Program-made: the position numbers and the translations under genes | Part shown: positions 1 through 11,182 of the stretch, one piece after another | How the letters are laid out: every line of letters begins with the position of its first letter | How positions within the stretch are numbered: position 1 is the stretch's first letter | Notes under the pieces: model-generated | Told to the model about the DNA's origin: nothing | The model's database searches: none | The model's input: only the letters and a program-made list of their open reading frames with translations | Source: a virus | DNA length: 64,000 nt | IMG/VR virus record: IMGVR_UViG_3300028599_000003 | Reading direction: 5' to 3' (one strand)

Positions 1-492
1 GCTAATGAAGAGGTTATGAGTTTATTTAAAAATCAATCAACTGATTTTGATTTAGATCCAATATCCACGCATGCAGAAGAATATCTTAAATCTAAGTTAG
101 AGACATTTGCTTTTGGTTTACATGGCTATGTTGATTATTATACAGTTGACACTGAGACAAAGACAGTTACAATATGTGACCTCAAAACATCCGGCAAGAC
201 TGTAGATAATTTTTCTGAAAGTGTTGACTTTTATAACTATTGGTTACAGGCAGCTATATACTCTAAAATGGTATATGATTCTCTTGGACAAGATAGAGAT
301 GACTACACAATAACATTTAAGTTTATAGTCATTGATAAGTATAATCAAGTATATGTTTATGAAGTATCACAAGAGTCAATGGTCAAATGGGCTGAGGGTT
401 TAGGTGGTGTTTTAAAGATTGCAGATTATCATTACAGTGAGAAAAACTATTCATTACCTTATGATTTGTTAATAGAAAAGGTTAAATTATAG
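1..492 (+). CDS. PD-(D/E)XK exonuclease (RecB/Cas4-like), 5'-truncated by the window edge
   Basis: Frame is open from base 1. Motifs G(Y)VD...CDLKTSG and YWLQAAIY are typical of PDDEXK_1 phage exonucleases. Confidence 0.8.
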   Translation, partial: ANEEVMSLFKNQSTDFDLDPISTHAEEYLKSKLETFAFGLHGYVDYYTVDTETKTVTICDLKTSGKTVDNFSESVDFYNYWLQAAIYSKMVYDSLGQDRDDYTITFKFIVIDKYNQVYVYEVSQESMVKWAEGLGGVLKIADYHYSEKNYSLPYDLLIEKVKL

Positions 493-493
493 T

Positions 494-1072
494 ATGGGTG
501 TATATTTAGAATATTTTCAAAAAAGCAAAGTATTTCTTTATCCTTTACTAGAAATAAAGAAAGGCATTACCCGTGTACCAATACAAACGTATGTTGCATG
601 GGATAATGTCTATTCTACAAATGACCTTAAGTTTTTATGTGTTTACACAACAAAAAAAAACCCAAAGTTCAATAGTTTTGTAAACAACAACTTAATGAAA
701 CATTCATTGCTTGAAGAAGTGATAGAGTTAAAAGAAAACAAGCACTTGTTTATTTATGATTTTACAAAGTTTAAATCTGACTATAAAAAATTCCTTGAAG
801 GTAAATATTCTCAGTACAGTTTAAATAGTAAAATTAGTATAATAGATTTCTTTGGAACACAAGATAAGATTGGATCATACGTTGAAGGATTTCTTACACC
901 AGAAGGTGTGCATGAAGAATATGCTGAATTCCTAGGTGTAAATATAAAATCTGTAGAAGATATATATGAAGTATGTACTCCTCCTGATCTTACCAAAGAA
1001 ATGTTAATTGATAATAATCATGTTATTAATCAATTATTAAAAAATAGTTCCATATCTTTGACAAATAAATAA
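494..1072 (+). CDS. hypothetical protein (192 aa)
   Basis: ORF starts 1 nt after the upstream stop, within the replication cluster. No motif recognised. Confidence 0.75.
   Translation: MGVYLEYFQKSKVFLYPLLEIKKGITRVPIQTYVAWDNVYSTNDLKFLCVYTTKKNPKFNSFVNNNLMKHSLLEEVIELKENKHLFIYDFTKFKSDYKKFLEGKYSQYSLNSKISIIDFFGTQDKIGSYVEGFLTPEGVHEEYAEFLGVNIKSVEDIYEVCTPPDLTKEMLIDNNHVINQLLKNSSISLTNK
1053..1060 (+). promoter_or_regulatory. Bacteroidota-type -7 promoter element (TATCTTTG)
   Basis: Exact TAnnTTTG match 18 nt upstream of the ATG at 1079. No clear -33 TTTG. Confidence 0.4.
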
Positions 1073-1078
1073 TAAATT

Positions 1079-1495
1079 ATGGCAAACCAAATTGGACAAA
1101 ACATGATGTTAGTAAATTCTACTTTTAGAAATACTAAATCATTTACTTTAATTCCTGTGAGCTTAGACTCACCTTACACAGAAGCCATGTTTGACCCAGC
1201 GTCAGGCATATTAGCAGTCATCAGTAAAGTGATGAAACAATCTTATCATATGGTACCTAAATTGGATGATGATGGTCAACCGCAAAGGTTAAAAAATCCA
1301 AATCCACAAACAGGTAAGACACATAAAGAAGAAAGAAGATTGGTAGATACATTTTCTGAGTTTTATCTTAGTGATAGAGCTGATATAGAAACATTCATTC
1401 ATATGTTTGCAATTAATGCTGATAACTTTTCAGTTGAAGAATTCTTTGTAGACTTACAGAAGACAGAACCTTCTAAAATAATTATTCCGGGCTAA
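1079..1495 (+). CDS. hypothetical protein (138 aa)
   Basis: ORF with an A-rich leader, followed by a terminator. Confidence 0.75.
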   Translation: MANQIGQNMMLVNSTFRNTKSFTLIPVSLDSPYTEAMFDPASGILAVISKVMKQSYHMVPKLDDDGQPQRLKNPNPQTGKTHKEERRLVDTFSEFYLSDRADIETFIHMFAINADNFSVEEFFVDLQKTEPSKIIIPG

Positions 1496-1535
1496 TAGGC
1501 TTCCCATACTATCCACCTATTAGACTGGTACAAAG

Positions 1536-1561
1536 AAACCTCATTGATTTGGGGTTTTTTT
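1536..1561 (+). terminator. intrinsic terminator
   Basis: AAACCTCA-ttgatt-TGGGGTTT stem followed by a T run. Confidence 0.7.
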
Positions 1562-1586
1562 GGCACTAATATTTAAAAGTACAAAC

Positions 1587-3578
1587 ATGAAACATTGGGT
1601 AATGGACTATGAGACTTTATCTAATTGTTTTACCGGGGTATTTGAACACTATAAGACTACTGAAAGGAAAATCTTTGTTGTTCATGACCTGCGTAATGAT
1701 TTAGATAGTTTCATAAGTTTCCTTGAAGAAAATATTAACAACAGAGAGTGGCATATATCCTACAATGGATTAGCTTTTGATGGCCAAGTCACTCATTATA
1801 TAATAGATAATCACTTTTTGTGGTCTGATTTAAGCGGTTGTGAAATTGCTCAAATCATTTATAAGTATGCCCAACGTTGTATTCAAAAATCTAATGCAAA
1901 AGAATTCAGTGATTACCCTCAATGGAAGATGCAAATAGGTCAGATAGACATATTTAAATTACATCATTGGGATAATCCAGCTAAACGTTCAAGTCTTAAA
2001 TGGATCCAGTATAGTATGGATTGGGAAAACATTCTAGATATGCCTATTCATCATGAGACAGAAATAAAAACTCAAGAAGAAATAGATATTATCCTTGAAT
2101 ATTGCATTAATGATGTTAGATCTACAAAAGAAATATATAATAGATCTAAGTCTCAGGTTGGCCTAAGAAAAGAACTAACTGCAACTTATGACATTAACAT
2201 GTTTAGTGCATCAGAACCAAGGATCAGTAAAGAAATATTTGGTTATTACTTATCTAGAAGCTTAAATATACCAATGAGAAATCTTAAACAAATGAGAACT
2301 CATAGGGATACCATAAAAGTTAAAGATATAATATTACCATACATCTCATTTACATCTCCTGAGTTTAAACTACTACATGAAAGGTTTAAATCACTTGAGA
2401 TAGATGCATCTAAGTTAAAGGGTAGTTTTAAGTACAACATCTTGTACAAAAATGTTAAGACTCATTTTGGATTAGGTGGTGCACACGGTGCAGCGGCTAA
2501 AGGTGTTTATGAAAGCTCAGATGATATGATTATTATGTCATCAGATGTTACTAGTTTTTACCCTAATCTTGCTATTAAAAATCAATGGTCTCCGGGTCAT
2601 TTCCCAAAAGAAGCATTTTGTGACCAGTATGAGTGGTTCTTTGAGGAGCGTAAGAAGATACCTAAGAGCAATCCAATGAATTATGTATATAAGATTATAC
2701 TTAATTCTACTTTTGGTCTTAGCAATGATATAAACAGCTTCTTTTATGATCCTGAGTTATGTATGAGAATTACAATTAATGGTCAGTTGACACTGATGAT
2801 GTTGTATGAGCAAATAATGGAACGTATACCTGGCGCAATTGCTTTATTGCAAAACACAGATGGTGTAGAAACTATTATACCTAGAGAGCACTATGATTTA
2901 TATATGGAAATATGTGAAGAATGGGAGCGCACTACAAGTTTAAACTTAGAACATGATGAATACCAAAAATTGGTACTTTCAGATGTTAATAATTACATTG
3001 GTGTAAACAACTTTGTAAACGTTGACATTACTAAGTGGAGAGAGATTAAACAGAGTCAGCCTCATTACCTATTTAAGGTTGAGAATGATAAGTTTAGCTT
3101 TGCCCCTGTTAAGCTTAAAGGTAGATTTGATTTTCATAACCTGCAGTTACATAAGAATAAGTCTAAGCTAGTGATCCCAAAGGCCATATATCAATACTTT
3201 GTTAATGATGTACTACCAGAAGATTACTTAGAAGAGAATAAAAATATTCTTGATTACTGTATAGGCGGTAAATCAAAAGGTGATTGGCAACAAGTAGCTC
3301 GTAGTATAAAAAATGGTTCCTTTAATGAAGAGTCTTTGCAGAAAATTAATAGATATTTTATATCTAAAGATGGTGTAAAGATTATTAAAGTCAACAAAAA
3401 TGACGGGCGTGAGATTCAATTAGAAGCAGGTAGATGGGTACAAACAGTCTTTAATAAGATGAAAGTGGCTCCTAAATGGTCTGACTATAATATAGATAAG
3501 CTATATTATATGCAAGCTATTGAAGCAGAGATTAATAGTATATTAACAGTAAATACAAATCAACTAAAATTATTTTAA
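1587..3578 (+). CDS. polB: family B DNA polymerase with 3'-5' exonuclease
   Basis: Exo motifs DYETL, YNGLAFD, YCINDV; polymerase motifs DVTSFYPN, KIILNSTFG, NTDG. ATG 1587 is preferred over TTG 1560, which lies inside the terminator. Confidence 0.93.
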   Translation: MKHWVMDYETLSNCFTGVFEHYKTTERKIFVVHDLRNDLDSFISFLEENINNREWHISYNGLAFDGQVTHYIIDNHFLWSDLSGCEIAQIIYKYAQRCIQKSNAKEFSDYPQWKMQIGQIDIFKLHHWDNPAKRSSLKWIQYSMDWENILDMPIHHETEIKTQEEIDIILEYCINDVRSTKEIYNRSKSQVGLRKELTATYDINMFSASEPRISKEIFGYYLSRSLNIPMRNLKQMRTHRDTIKVKDIILPYISFTSPEFKLLHERFKSLEIDASKLKGSFKYNILYKNVKTHFGLGGAHGAAAKGVYESSDDMIIMSSDVTSFYPNLAIKNQWSPGHFPKEAFCDQYEWFFEERKKIPKSNPMNYVYKIILNSTFGLSNDINSFFYDPELCMRITINGQLTLMMLYEQIMERIPGAIALLQNTDGVETIIPREHYDLYMEICEEWERTTSLNLEHDEYQKLVLSDVNNYIGVNNFVNVDITKWREIKQSQPHYLFKVENDKFSFAPVKLKGRFDFHNLQLHKNKSKLVIPKAIYQYFVNDVLPEDYLEENKNILDYCIGGKSKGDWQQVARSIKNGSFNEESLQKINRYFISKDGVKIIKVNKNDGREIQLEAGRWVQTVFNKMKVAPKWSDYNIDKLYYMQAIEAEINSILTVNTNQLKLF

Positions 3579-5207
<1,629 letters not shown>

Positions 5208-5225
5208 TAAACTAAAAACTAAATT

Positions 5226-5525
5226 ATGGATTATTTTGAATTAGAATGTGCAGTTGAAAGCTGGGCAGAAGAAAAAGGTATCTTTGACAAAGCCACACCA
5301 ATGGCCCAAGCGTTGAAGACATTAGAAGAAACAACTGAGCTTTGCACGGCTATCAATGCTGATGACCGTGAAGAGATTGTTGATGCTATGGGTGATATTA
5401 TGGTCACCCTGATTATTCAGGCTAAGATGCAAAATGTATCTTTAGAATATTGCCTTAAGTCAGCTTATAATGTTATCTCTAAACGTACAGGTAGAATGAT
5501 TAATGGACAATTTGTAAAAGATTAA
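5226..5525 (+). CDS. MazG-like nucleotide pyrophosphohydrolase
   Basis: KTLEETTEL and DAMGDIMVTL match the EExxE...ExxD acidic pattern of the all-alpha NTP-PPase fold. Confidence 0.8.
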   Translation: MDYFELECAVESWAEEKGIFDKATPMAQALKTLEETTELCTAINADDREEIVDAMGDIMVTLIIQAKMQNVSLEYCLKSAYNVISKRTGRMINGQFVKD

Positions 5526-5556
5526 TTTGCTGTGTCAGATTAATTTATTATATTTA
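5526..5556 (+). promoter_or_regulatory. Bacteroidota sigma-type promoter (TTTG-N19-TATATTTA)
   Basis: TTTG at 5526-5529, 19-nt spacer, TATATTTA at 5549-5556 (consensus TTTG-N19-21-TAnnTTTG), 20 nt upstream of ATG 5577. Confidence 0.55.
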
Positions 5557-5576
5557 CACTTCAAAAGTTTAATATT

Positions 5577-6458
5577 ATGGGACATAAAAAACCAACAGAG
5601 ACCACAAGGTCTTATTTAGAGAATGCACCCTTACCTAATCATGGTAAGACATATACAGTTGTCACACACAAAGAGGTGATAGACAATACGTTAACCCTGC
5701 TCAGAAAGAGCGGGTTCACAGTTCAAAGAGAGATATACAGAGCAAATACTAATGCTACAATTGCACAAGGTATTTATCATATCTATCCTAGTAGAAGTGT
5801 TGATGATGAAATCATTAATGAAACTGAATTAGGGATGATGTTTGCTTGGACAAATTCATATAATAAACTTGTTAGATTCCAGTGTGCTATTGGAGCTTAC
5901 GTTAAGATTTGTTATAACGGCATGGTTGCCGGGGATATGATGAATTTTAAAAGAAAGCATACCGGGACGGCAAATTTAGATTGTTCTATAAACATTGCTG
6001 ATCAAGTTAAGAATGCTGAAAAGTATTATAAACGTATTATCCAAGATAGAGATGCAATGAAAATGATCACTCTTACTGATAGAGAACAAGCTGAATTAGT
6101 AGGTAGAATGTTTGTACAAGAAGAATTGATTGATTCTCAACAAACATCTATTATTAAAGCTGAGCTAGCTAAACCATCATTTCATTATGGGACAGAATCA
6201 AATACCTGTTGGACTTTTTACAATCATGTTACACATGCATTAAAGAAAGCACATCCACGGTACTGGTTACAAGATAGCCAGAACTTTCATGACTTTATTG
6301 TTGCAGAGTGTTTGAATAACTCTCAACCTGCCCTAAAGAAAGAGACTATATTATCTGACAAAGTTGTAGTTATTTCTGAACCAGTAAGTGAAGTTGTTGA
6401 AGTTGATGAAGATATAACTGACACACAATTAATAGAAAATGTATTTTTAGATCAGTGA
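5577..6458 (+). CDS. DUF932/DUF945-like protein
   Basis: YTVVTHKEVI, NSYNK..RFQCAIGAYVKICYNG and WTFYNHVT resemble the NS-DG...CxNG family pattern. Confidence 0.6.
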   Translation: MGHKKPTETTRSYLENAPLPNHGKTYTVVTHKEVIDNTLTLLRKSGFTVQREIYRANTNATIAQGIYHIYPSRSVDDEIINETELGMMFAWTNSYNKLVRFQCAIGAYVKICYNGMVAGDMMNFKRKHTGTANLDCSINIADQVKNAEKYYKRIIQDRDAMKMITLTDREQAELVGRMFVQEELIDSQQTSIIKAELAKPSFHYGTESNTCWTFYNHVTHALKKAHPRYWLQDSQNFHDFIVAECLNNSQPALKKETILSDKVVVISEPVSEVVEVDEDITDTQLIENVFLDQ

Positions 6459-6529
6459 AATTAATAGTTGCACTTTTATTAGCTATACTCTTTTTATACA
6501 TTAGTAGTCAAAACAAAATGAATAAATAG
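6455..6529 (+). CDS. putative 24-aa hydrophobic peptide (VKLIVALLLAILFLYISSQNKMNK)
   Basis: GTG start overlaps the upstream TGA (GTGA); single hydrophobic helix. Below the ORF-track length cutoff. Confidence 0.35.
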   Translation: MKLIVALLLAILFLYISSQNKMNK

Positions 6530-6583
6530 GAGAAAACCAACCGGGGTCTGAGTTACGCATTCTTAGGCCCTGGCTCCTTATTT
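6524..6583 (+). other. long bulged RNA hairpin
   Basis: 12-bp inner stem 6541-6552/6562-6573 (with G-U pairs), 9-nt loop, 8-nt A-rich bulge, outer stem 6524-6532/6574-6583. Confidence 0.55.
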
Positions 6584-6607
6584 AATTACCCTACAAAAGA
6601 AAAACAC

Positions 6608-6799
6608 ATGAAGAAATTTCTAGAGTTTGCTTTAATATGGTATAGTCAGCAGATGGCAATACCTTTTTGGGTTATAGGTCATGTGCACTTATCAATAAAT
6701 ACATATAAAGACATACATGAAATTATTGCTAGCATGGGATTAAACCTGATCGTAGCAATAGGCTTTATTATAGACTATCGTAAAAATAAAGACAAATGA
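6608..6799 (+). CDS. small membrane protein (63 aa)
   Basis: Two hydrophobic segments and a basic C-terminus. Confidence 0.65.
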   Translation: MKKFLEFALIWYSQQMAIPFWVIGHVHLSINTYKDIHEIIASMGLNLIVAIGFIIDYRKNKDK

Positions 6800-6814
6800 A
6801 AACACCAAAGAGAA

Positions 6815-7114
6815 ATGAAAAAAGCTGAAACTAGAAAAGCTACTCCAGTATTTACTGGTGTTCTTAGATACTTCCCGGATGCTATTATGGAAATAGCTCG
6901 TGTATCCTTACAGGGAAACAAACAACACCATCCTGATAAACCTTTGCATTGGGACCGCACTAAATCTAATGATGACTTTGATGCATTAGCTAGACATCTT
7001 ATTGATGCAGGTACTATGGATGATGATGGAATTCGTCACACCGCAAAGGTTGCTTGGCGTGCTCTTGCATGTTTACAAAAAGAACTAGAAGATGCTGAAG
7101 CAATTGAAGAATAA
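6815..7114 (+). CDS. DUF5664-like dATP/dGTP diphosphohydrolase-domain protein
   Basis: G-x-x-KH/Y...W...DALARHL...H-x-A-x-VAW pattern. Confidence 0.7.
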   Translation: MKKAETRKATPVFTGVLRYFPDAIMEIARVSLQGNKQHHPDKPLHWDRTKSNDDFDALARHLIDAGTMDDDGIRHTAKVAWRALACLQKELEDAEAIEE

Positions 7115-7117
7115 TAA

Positions 7118-7137
7118 AGCCCGGAATAAACCGGGCT
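7118..7137. terminator. likely bidirectional intrinsic terminator
   Basis: Perfect AGCCCGG-aataaa-CCGGGCT hairpin between convergent genes, with A/T-rich flanks. Confidence 0.75.
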
Positions 7138-7156
7138 CTATTTTAAAATGCTATGT

Positions 7157-9913
7157 TTATTCTTTAGGGTAAAATCTAACTTCAATGTTACCTTGAAGTA
7201 GACCTTTAGTACTTGGTGTATTATCTTCCTCTAAGAAATCAATTTCAACAATTACAGGACCTATAGTAACAGGACTTTGTCTAAAGTATAATTCTGCAGG
7301 ATTAACTCCTTCTGTTATTACTGATCTACCACCTACTAGACACCATACATCCATACCTACACGTACATCTTCACAAGCGGTTGCCGGATCACCCGGTGCA
7401 TGAAAGGAAAAATTATACTGACCATTCTTTGCTAATGTACAAGTAACCTCACAAGATGTTGTATTTTCAAGTATGTTTAGTGTTATTGGGCTACCTTTTG
7501 GATGAGTCCATGATGCAACAAACGTCTTATAAGGTAAAGAACCACCACCAGTACCATTAGCAACTGCAGTAATTCTACCTTGTTGATCAACCGTTATGTC
7601 TGCACTAGTATATGCACCTGGCGTTACTGCTGTATCATCTAAATCAATAGTTAATGTATCTGTTGCAGATGCTGTTGATGTTAAACCAACACCTCCTGCT
7701 ATTAGTACAGTATTATTTGTTTCTATTGTTTGTGAACTTCCTAAATCTCCAACTAAGTTCCAGCTTGTATATTCTGTTGGTATTGATGGGAATGTAATTA
7801 AATTACCCTGGCCGTTTATATACTCAGATGCAGATCCTGCCCATGTAAAGTCTAAAGTACTGTCTCCTGTATTACTGCTATCATTTGTTACTGCAACATC
7901 TAATGCATCACCTGCTGTTGTTGCTGCTAATGATAGTACACTTGCAAAAGTTATAACACTAGGGTTACCTGATACCATGCTAACACCGGGACCAACAAAC
8001 TCAAACGCTCCTGACTCTGTAGTATTACCAACCTTAATACTATTTACTGTACTGAATGATAGAGCACTTATAGTTAATGTTTTAACACCATTTACATCTG
8101 TATCAACTGAACCTGATAAACCTGAACCTATTGTTACTTTTTCACTCCAATATCCTGCTTGAGTATCTGCTGCATCATATTTAAATTTCACATCTTCTTG
8201 AGTAGGGAATGTTGTTAATTCACCTTCTCCATTTATATACTGTCCAGCTACCCCTTTAAAATCTATAGTTAATTTAGGTGTTGTTGTTGGATCAGCTACA
8301 GTAAAGTCAATTGAATTTGCTACAACAGGAGTTACTTCAGTTGAAACAGTAGTTACAGTTCCTGGATTTCCTCCTGGAATTGCTGACCATACATTATCTT
8401 TACTTAAGAATTTACCTGAAGTATCTGTACCATCAACTGCTGATAATTCTGCTGTTACAACAACATCACCATCTACAGCACCTGTTGGTGTCATATCAAT
8501 ATATGTACCATTTTGTGTGTCTACAGTTTCAACTATGTTTGTTGGAATAGAAGGAAAAGCTTGTAAAGCACCTGTTCCATCTATATAGTCTGTTGTTGCT
8601 CCTGCACCTGCAAGAGTTAATGTTCCATTACTTGTTACAGGACTATTAGTTACAGTAAATGCTGAGGGAGCTGCTAAACCAACACTGGTTACAGTTCCTC
8701 CACCTCCTGATGCAATACCGTAAACAGTACCATCTATACTTATAGAAGTTAAGTCTACTGTAGGATTGCCCGGATTACCAACTACTACAGAACCTGATCC
8801 TTCAACCCATGGTACATTAACAACAAGTTGTGATGCATCATTGAATTGCACACCATAAGTTCTTTGATCTACATCTGATACAGCAGCTGCTGGTTGTGCT
8901 TGTACAACATCACTCCACAATTTACCTGTTCCGGTAACTGTAGATGTCATTACTGGTGAAGATGATCCTCCAGTTGCAGTAATTGTTACACCATTTGATC
9001 CATCATCAGTAAGTGTAATATTAGTACCTGCTTTTAATAGGACTTTGTCTAATGTTCCATCTGATCCTGCTAATCCTATTGCAAAATCATCTGTACCAGA
9101 TACTTCACCTGTTAAATCATAAGTAGTTTCTGCAGGTAAAGTAATTTTTTGTGTAGTAATTTCATCTACATGACCCCAATTATCTACTTTTATAACTGAA
9201 ACAGCATCAAAAGAATCTCCAAAACCTGGATCAAGATTGTTATTGATATAGGTAGTAGTAAGTTTATCATGGTTAAATGTTATAGAATCAGAACTATTGG
9301 CAATTGTTGTGATTTTATCACCACCAATAAAAAATACTGTACCATCACAATCAACATTAAATCCACCTTCTCCTCCTACAATCCATTTACAACCGCTTGC
9401 TTCATTATCTTTCCAACCTACAGTGCCATCAGGTAGTGCAACAAGGATCTGACTAGGTGTCCCTTCTGTTTGATTAAAATCTAAAACTTTTGATGCTAAC
9501 CATATCTTATTTAATGGGTCTGAAGTACCTAAACTAACATTACCTGCTAATGTTGAGTCTGCTTTAACAAAGAGATTACCATTTACACTAATTGTTGTGT
9601 TACCGGCATCTTGAGTTATGATACTATCTTTTAATGCTTTTAGTTCACATACTCCATCTGTCTCAGTATAAACAGGAACAAATCCTATTTCTCCTGATCC
9701 ATCTATAGTTCTAGTTAACCCTTTAGTTATTTCACATACTAAATCTTGACCCTTTATAACAAAAGGTTCCATCCTTGGTGCATAAGAAGTTCCAGTATTT
9801 AATGTACTGTTTCTCTTTTTACCAAACTCAAACCAATCTGTCTGTAGATTAAGAGTTTTCTTGTCTTTGTTTCTTTGCAGTAGGTTTAAAACCTCTTGTA
9901 TAAATACGCTCAT
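7157..9913 (-). CDS. virion fibre/spike protein (918 aa)
   Basis: Gly/Thr/Ser/Val-rich; GTVTSV motifs, three YI(N/D)GxGxLxxFP repeats and ITVDQQGRIT, all common in phage fibres. Confidence 0.75.
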   Translation of the reverse strand: MSVFIQEVLNLLQRNKDKKTLNLQTDWFEFGKKRNSTLNTGTSYAPRMEPFVIKGQDLVCEITKGLTRTIDGSGEIGFVPVYTETDGVCELKALKDSIITQDAGNTTISVNGNLFVKADSTLAGNVSLGTSDPLNKIWLASKVLDFNQTEGTPSQILVALPDGTVGWKDNEASGCKWIVGGEGGFNVDCDGTVFFIGGDKITTIANSSDSITFNHDKLTTTYINNNLDPGFGDSFDAVSVIKVDNWGHVDEITTQKITLPAETTYDLTGEVSGTDDFAIGLAGSDGTLDKVLLKAGTNITLTDDGSNGVTITATGGSSSPVMTSTVTGTGKLWSDVVQAQPAAAVSDVDQRTYGVQFNDASQLVVNVPWVEGSGSVVVGNPGNPTVDLTSISIDGTVYGIASGGGGTVTSVGLAAPSAFTVTNSPVTSNGTLTLAGAGATTDYIDGTGALQAFPSIPTNIVETVDTQNGTYIDMTPTGAVDGDVVVTAELSAVDGTDTSGKFLSKDNVWSAIPGGNPGTVTTVSTEVTPVVANSIDFTVADPTTTPKLTIDFKGVAGQYINGEGELTTFPTQEDVKFKYDAADTQAGYWSEKVTIGSGLSGSVDTDVNGVKTLTISALSFSTVNSIKVGNTTESGAFEFVGPGVSMVSGNPSVITFASVLSLAATTAGDALDVAVTNDSSNTGDSTLDFTWAGSASEYINGQGNLITFPSIPTEYTSWNLVGDLGSSQTIETNNTVLIAGGVGLTSTASATDTLTIDLDDTAVTPGAYTSADITVDQQGRITAVANGTGGGSLPYKTFVASWTHPKGSPITLNILENTTSCEVTCTLAKNGQYNFSFHAPGDPATACEDVRVGMDVWCLVGGRSVITEGVNPAELYFRQSPVTIGPVIVEIDFLEEDNTPSTKGLLQGNIEVRFYPKE

Positions 9914-9923
9914 TTTGTTTTTT

Positions 9924-10268
9924 TTATAAGTACAGTGCAGATAGTTTAACGCCTGCTTGTACTGTGCATGTTATTGTTATATTTCCATCAGCATCATTAA
10001 ATGCATCAACTTCAAAAGGTCCTAAAAAACCTTCTTGCCCAGCTGTCAAAGTTATTACAGCGTTTTCCTTAACTAATGTTCCTAATGAAGGATCTATTAC
10101 TGTTGTTACCACTGGTATTACAGTAGCAGTTACTGATACAGCACTATCATTTTCTAAATGAAAGAATTCTGTTCCTGTATTAGCTAATTTATCACCTGCT
10201 GCTGCAGGTGTTGTTGTTGTGGGCTTTAAACCCTCCTGCAATATTCTTTGTGCAATTAATGTTGCCAT
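9924..10268 (-). CDS. small beta-rich putative structural protein (114 aa)
   Basis: GDxxxNxG...GPF...FNDADG pattern recalled from small phage virion proteins. Confidence 0.6.
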   Translation of the reverse strand: MATLIAQRILQEGLKPTTTTPAAAGDKLANTGTEFFHLENDSAVSVTATVIPVVTTVIDPSLGTLVKENAVITLTAGQEGFLGPFEVDAFNDADGNITITCTVQAGVKLSALYL

Positions 10269-10274
10269 AATTAA

Positions 10275-10508
10275 TTATTTACAATATCCATTTTTAAAAG
10301 CTTCTGATTGAACAGGTTCTGCTGCTCTAGTAGACTTTTGTGGTGGATTTAAGTTTGTTTTTTTAGCCATTCTAATTCTTGCTTCTACAGCCTTTTTATT
10401 CTTAGCATTTTGTATTGCTTGAGGAATAGCCGTAGGATTATAAACACCATTAGTTGTAGCTCTTTTATAGTTAGCTCCCTGCATAGGGAATGATATCTTT
10501 TTTGCCAT
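10275..10508 (-). CDS. small basic protein (77 aa)
   Basis: Lys/Arg/Ala-rich, tightly packed in the operon. Confidence 0.7.
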   Translation of the reverse strand: MAKKISFPMQGANYKRATTNGVYNPTAIPQAIQNAKNKKAVEARIRMAKKTNLNPPQKSTRAAEPVQSEAFKNGYCK

Positions 10509-10510
10509 GA

Positions 10511-10693
10511 TTACTTCTTTTTAGATTTTGTTCCACCATACATTTTATAGTCTATCACTGACCCGCCAGACATAAAACCTTTTAGTCCTCCACTTTTAGC
10601 CATTGATTCCATTCCTGCTTTACCTGGAGTTATGTCTCCATCACCAGCACCTTTTGTAAATCCACCACCATATGTGTATTTTTCATTTTTCAT
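10511..10693 (-). CDS. small basic Gly-rich protein with repeated xxGG motifs (60 aa)
   Basis: YTYGGG, AKSGG, FMSGG, KMYGG; ends in KSKKK. Confidence 0.7.
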   Translation of the reverse strand: MKNEKYTYGGGFTKGAGDGDITPGKAGMESMAKSGGLKGFMSGGSVIDYKMYGGTKSKKK

Positions 10694-10705
10694 AATTCTT
10701 AATTT

Positions 10706-11173
10706 TTAATTTTTATTACTAATTGATTTAAATTTCTCAGCTCCCCTTGAACCAAAGTAAGCTACATAAACTGTTATTAATAATGACTTTAATAAGTCTA
10801 CCCATACTGAATCTACTTTAAAGTCAATGTCAGTACTGTCCAATAACATAAATATTACCATTGATATAGTTAAAAATATCAAAGTCATTGGTCTAGTGTT
10901 TTTACTTAGCCAAGAATCAGAGCTCATGTCACTGACCCAACGCTTGCTAACCTCTTGCATTTCAACCATATCTTGTTCAAGCAGTTTTAATGCATGCTCT
11001 TTATCAACTGGTGATAATGTTTCCTCTTTTTGTATTAAAGATTTAACCATACCTAAAACACCTGCATCAGGAAGCAACTCCCCGGCAAGACCAAGTATAC
11101 TAGGGACCTTCTTTGTAAGGAACTGTCCTACTTTGGTATCTTTAAACTTCTTTTTAGGTTTTTTATCACTCAT
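10706..11173 (-). CDS. holin, GTA/3TM-holin-like
   Basis: Amphipathic N-terminus, DSWLSKNTRP motif, two TM helices, YFGSRGxEK end. Confidence 0.75.
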   Translation of the reverse strand: MSDKKPKKKFKDTKVGQFLTKKVPSILGLAGELLPDAGVLGMVKSLIQKEETLSPVDKEHALKLLEQDMVEMQEVSKRWVSDMSSDSWLSKNTRPMTLIFLTISMVIFMLLDSTDIDFKVDSVWVDLLKSLLITVYVAYFGSRGAEKFKSISNKN

Positions 11174-11182
11174 TTTTTTAAT

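Noticed and set aside
1-492. Cas4-like nuclease suggesting a CRISPR locus
   Set aside because: No repeat-spacer array or other cas genes; PD-(D/E)XK exonucleases are routine in phage replication modules.
6815-7114. Z-genome (2-aminoadenine) system
   Set aside because: No PurZ or DatZ in the window; the DUF5664-like gene alone is insufficient.
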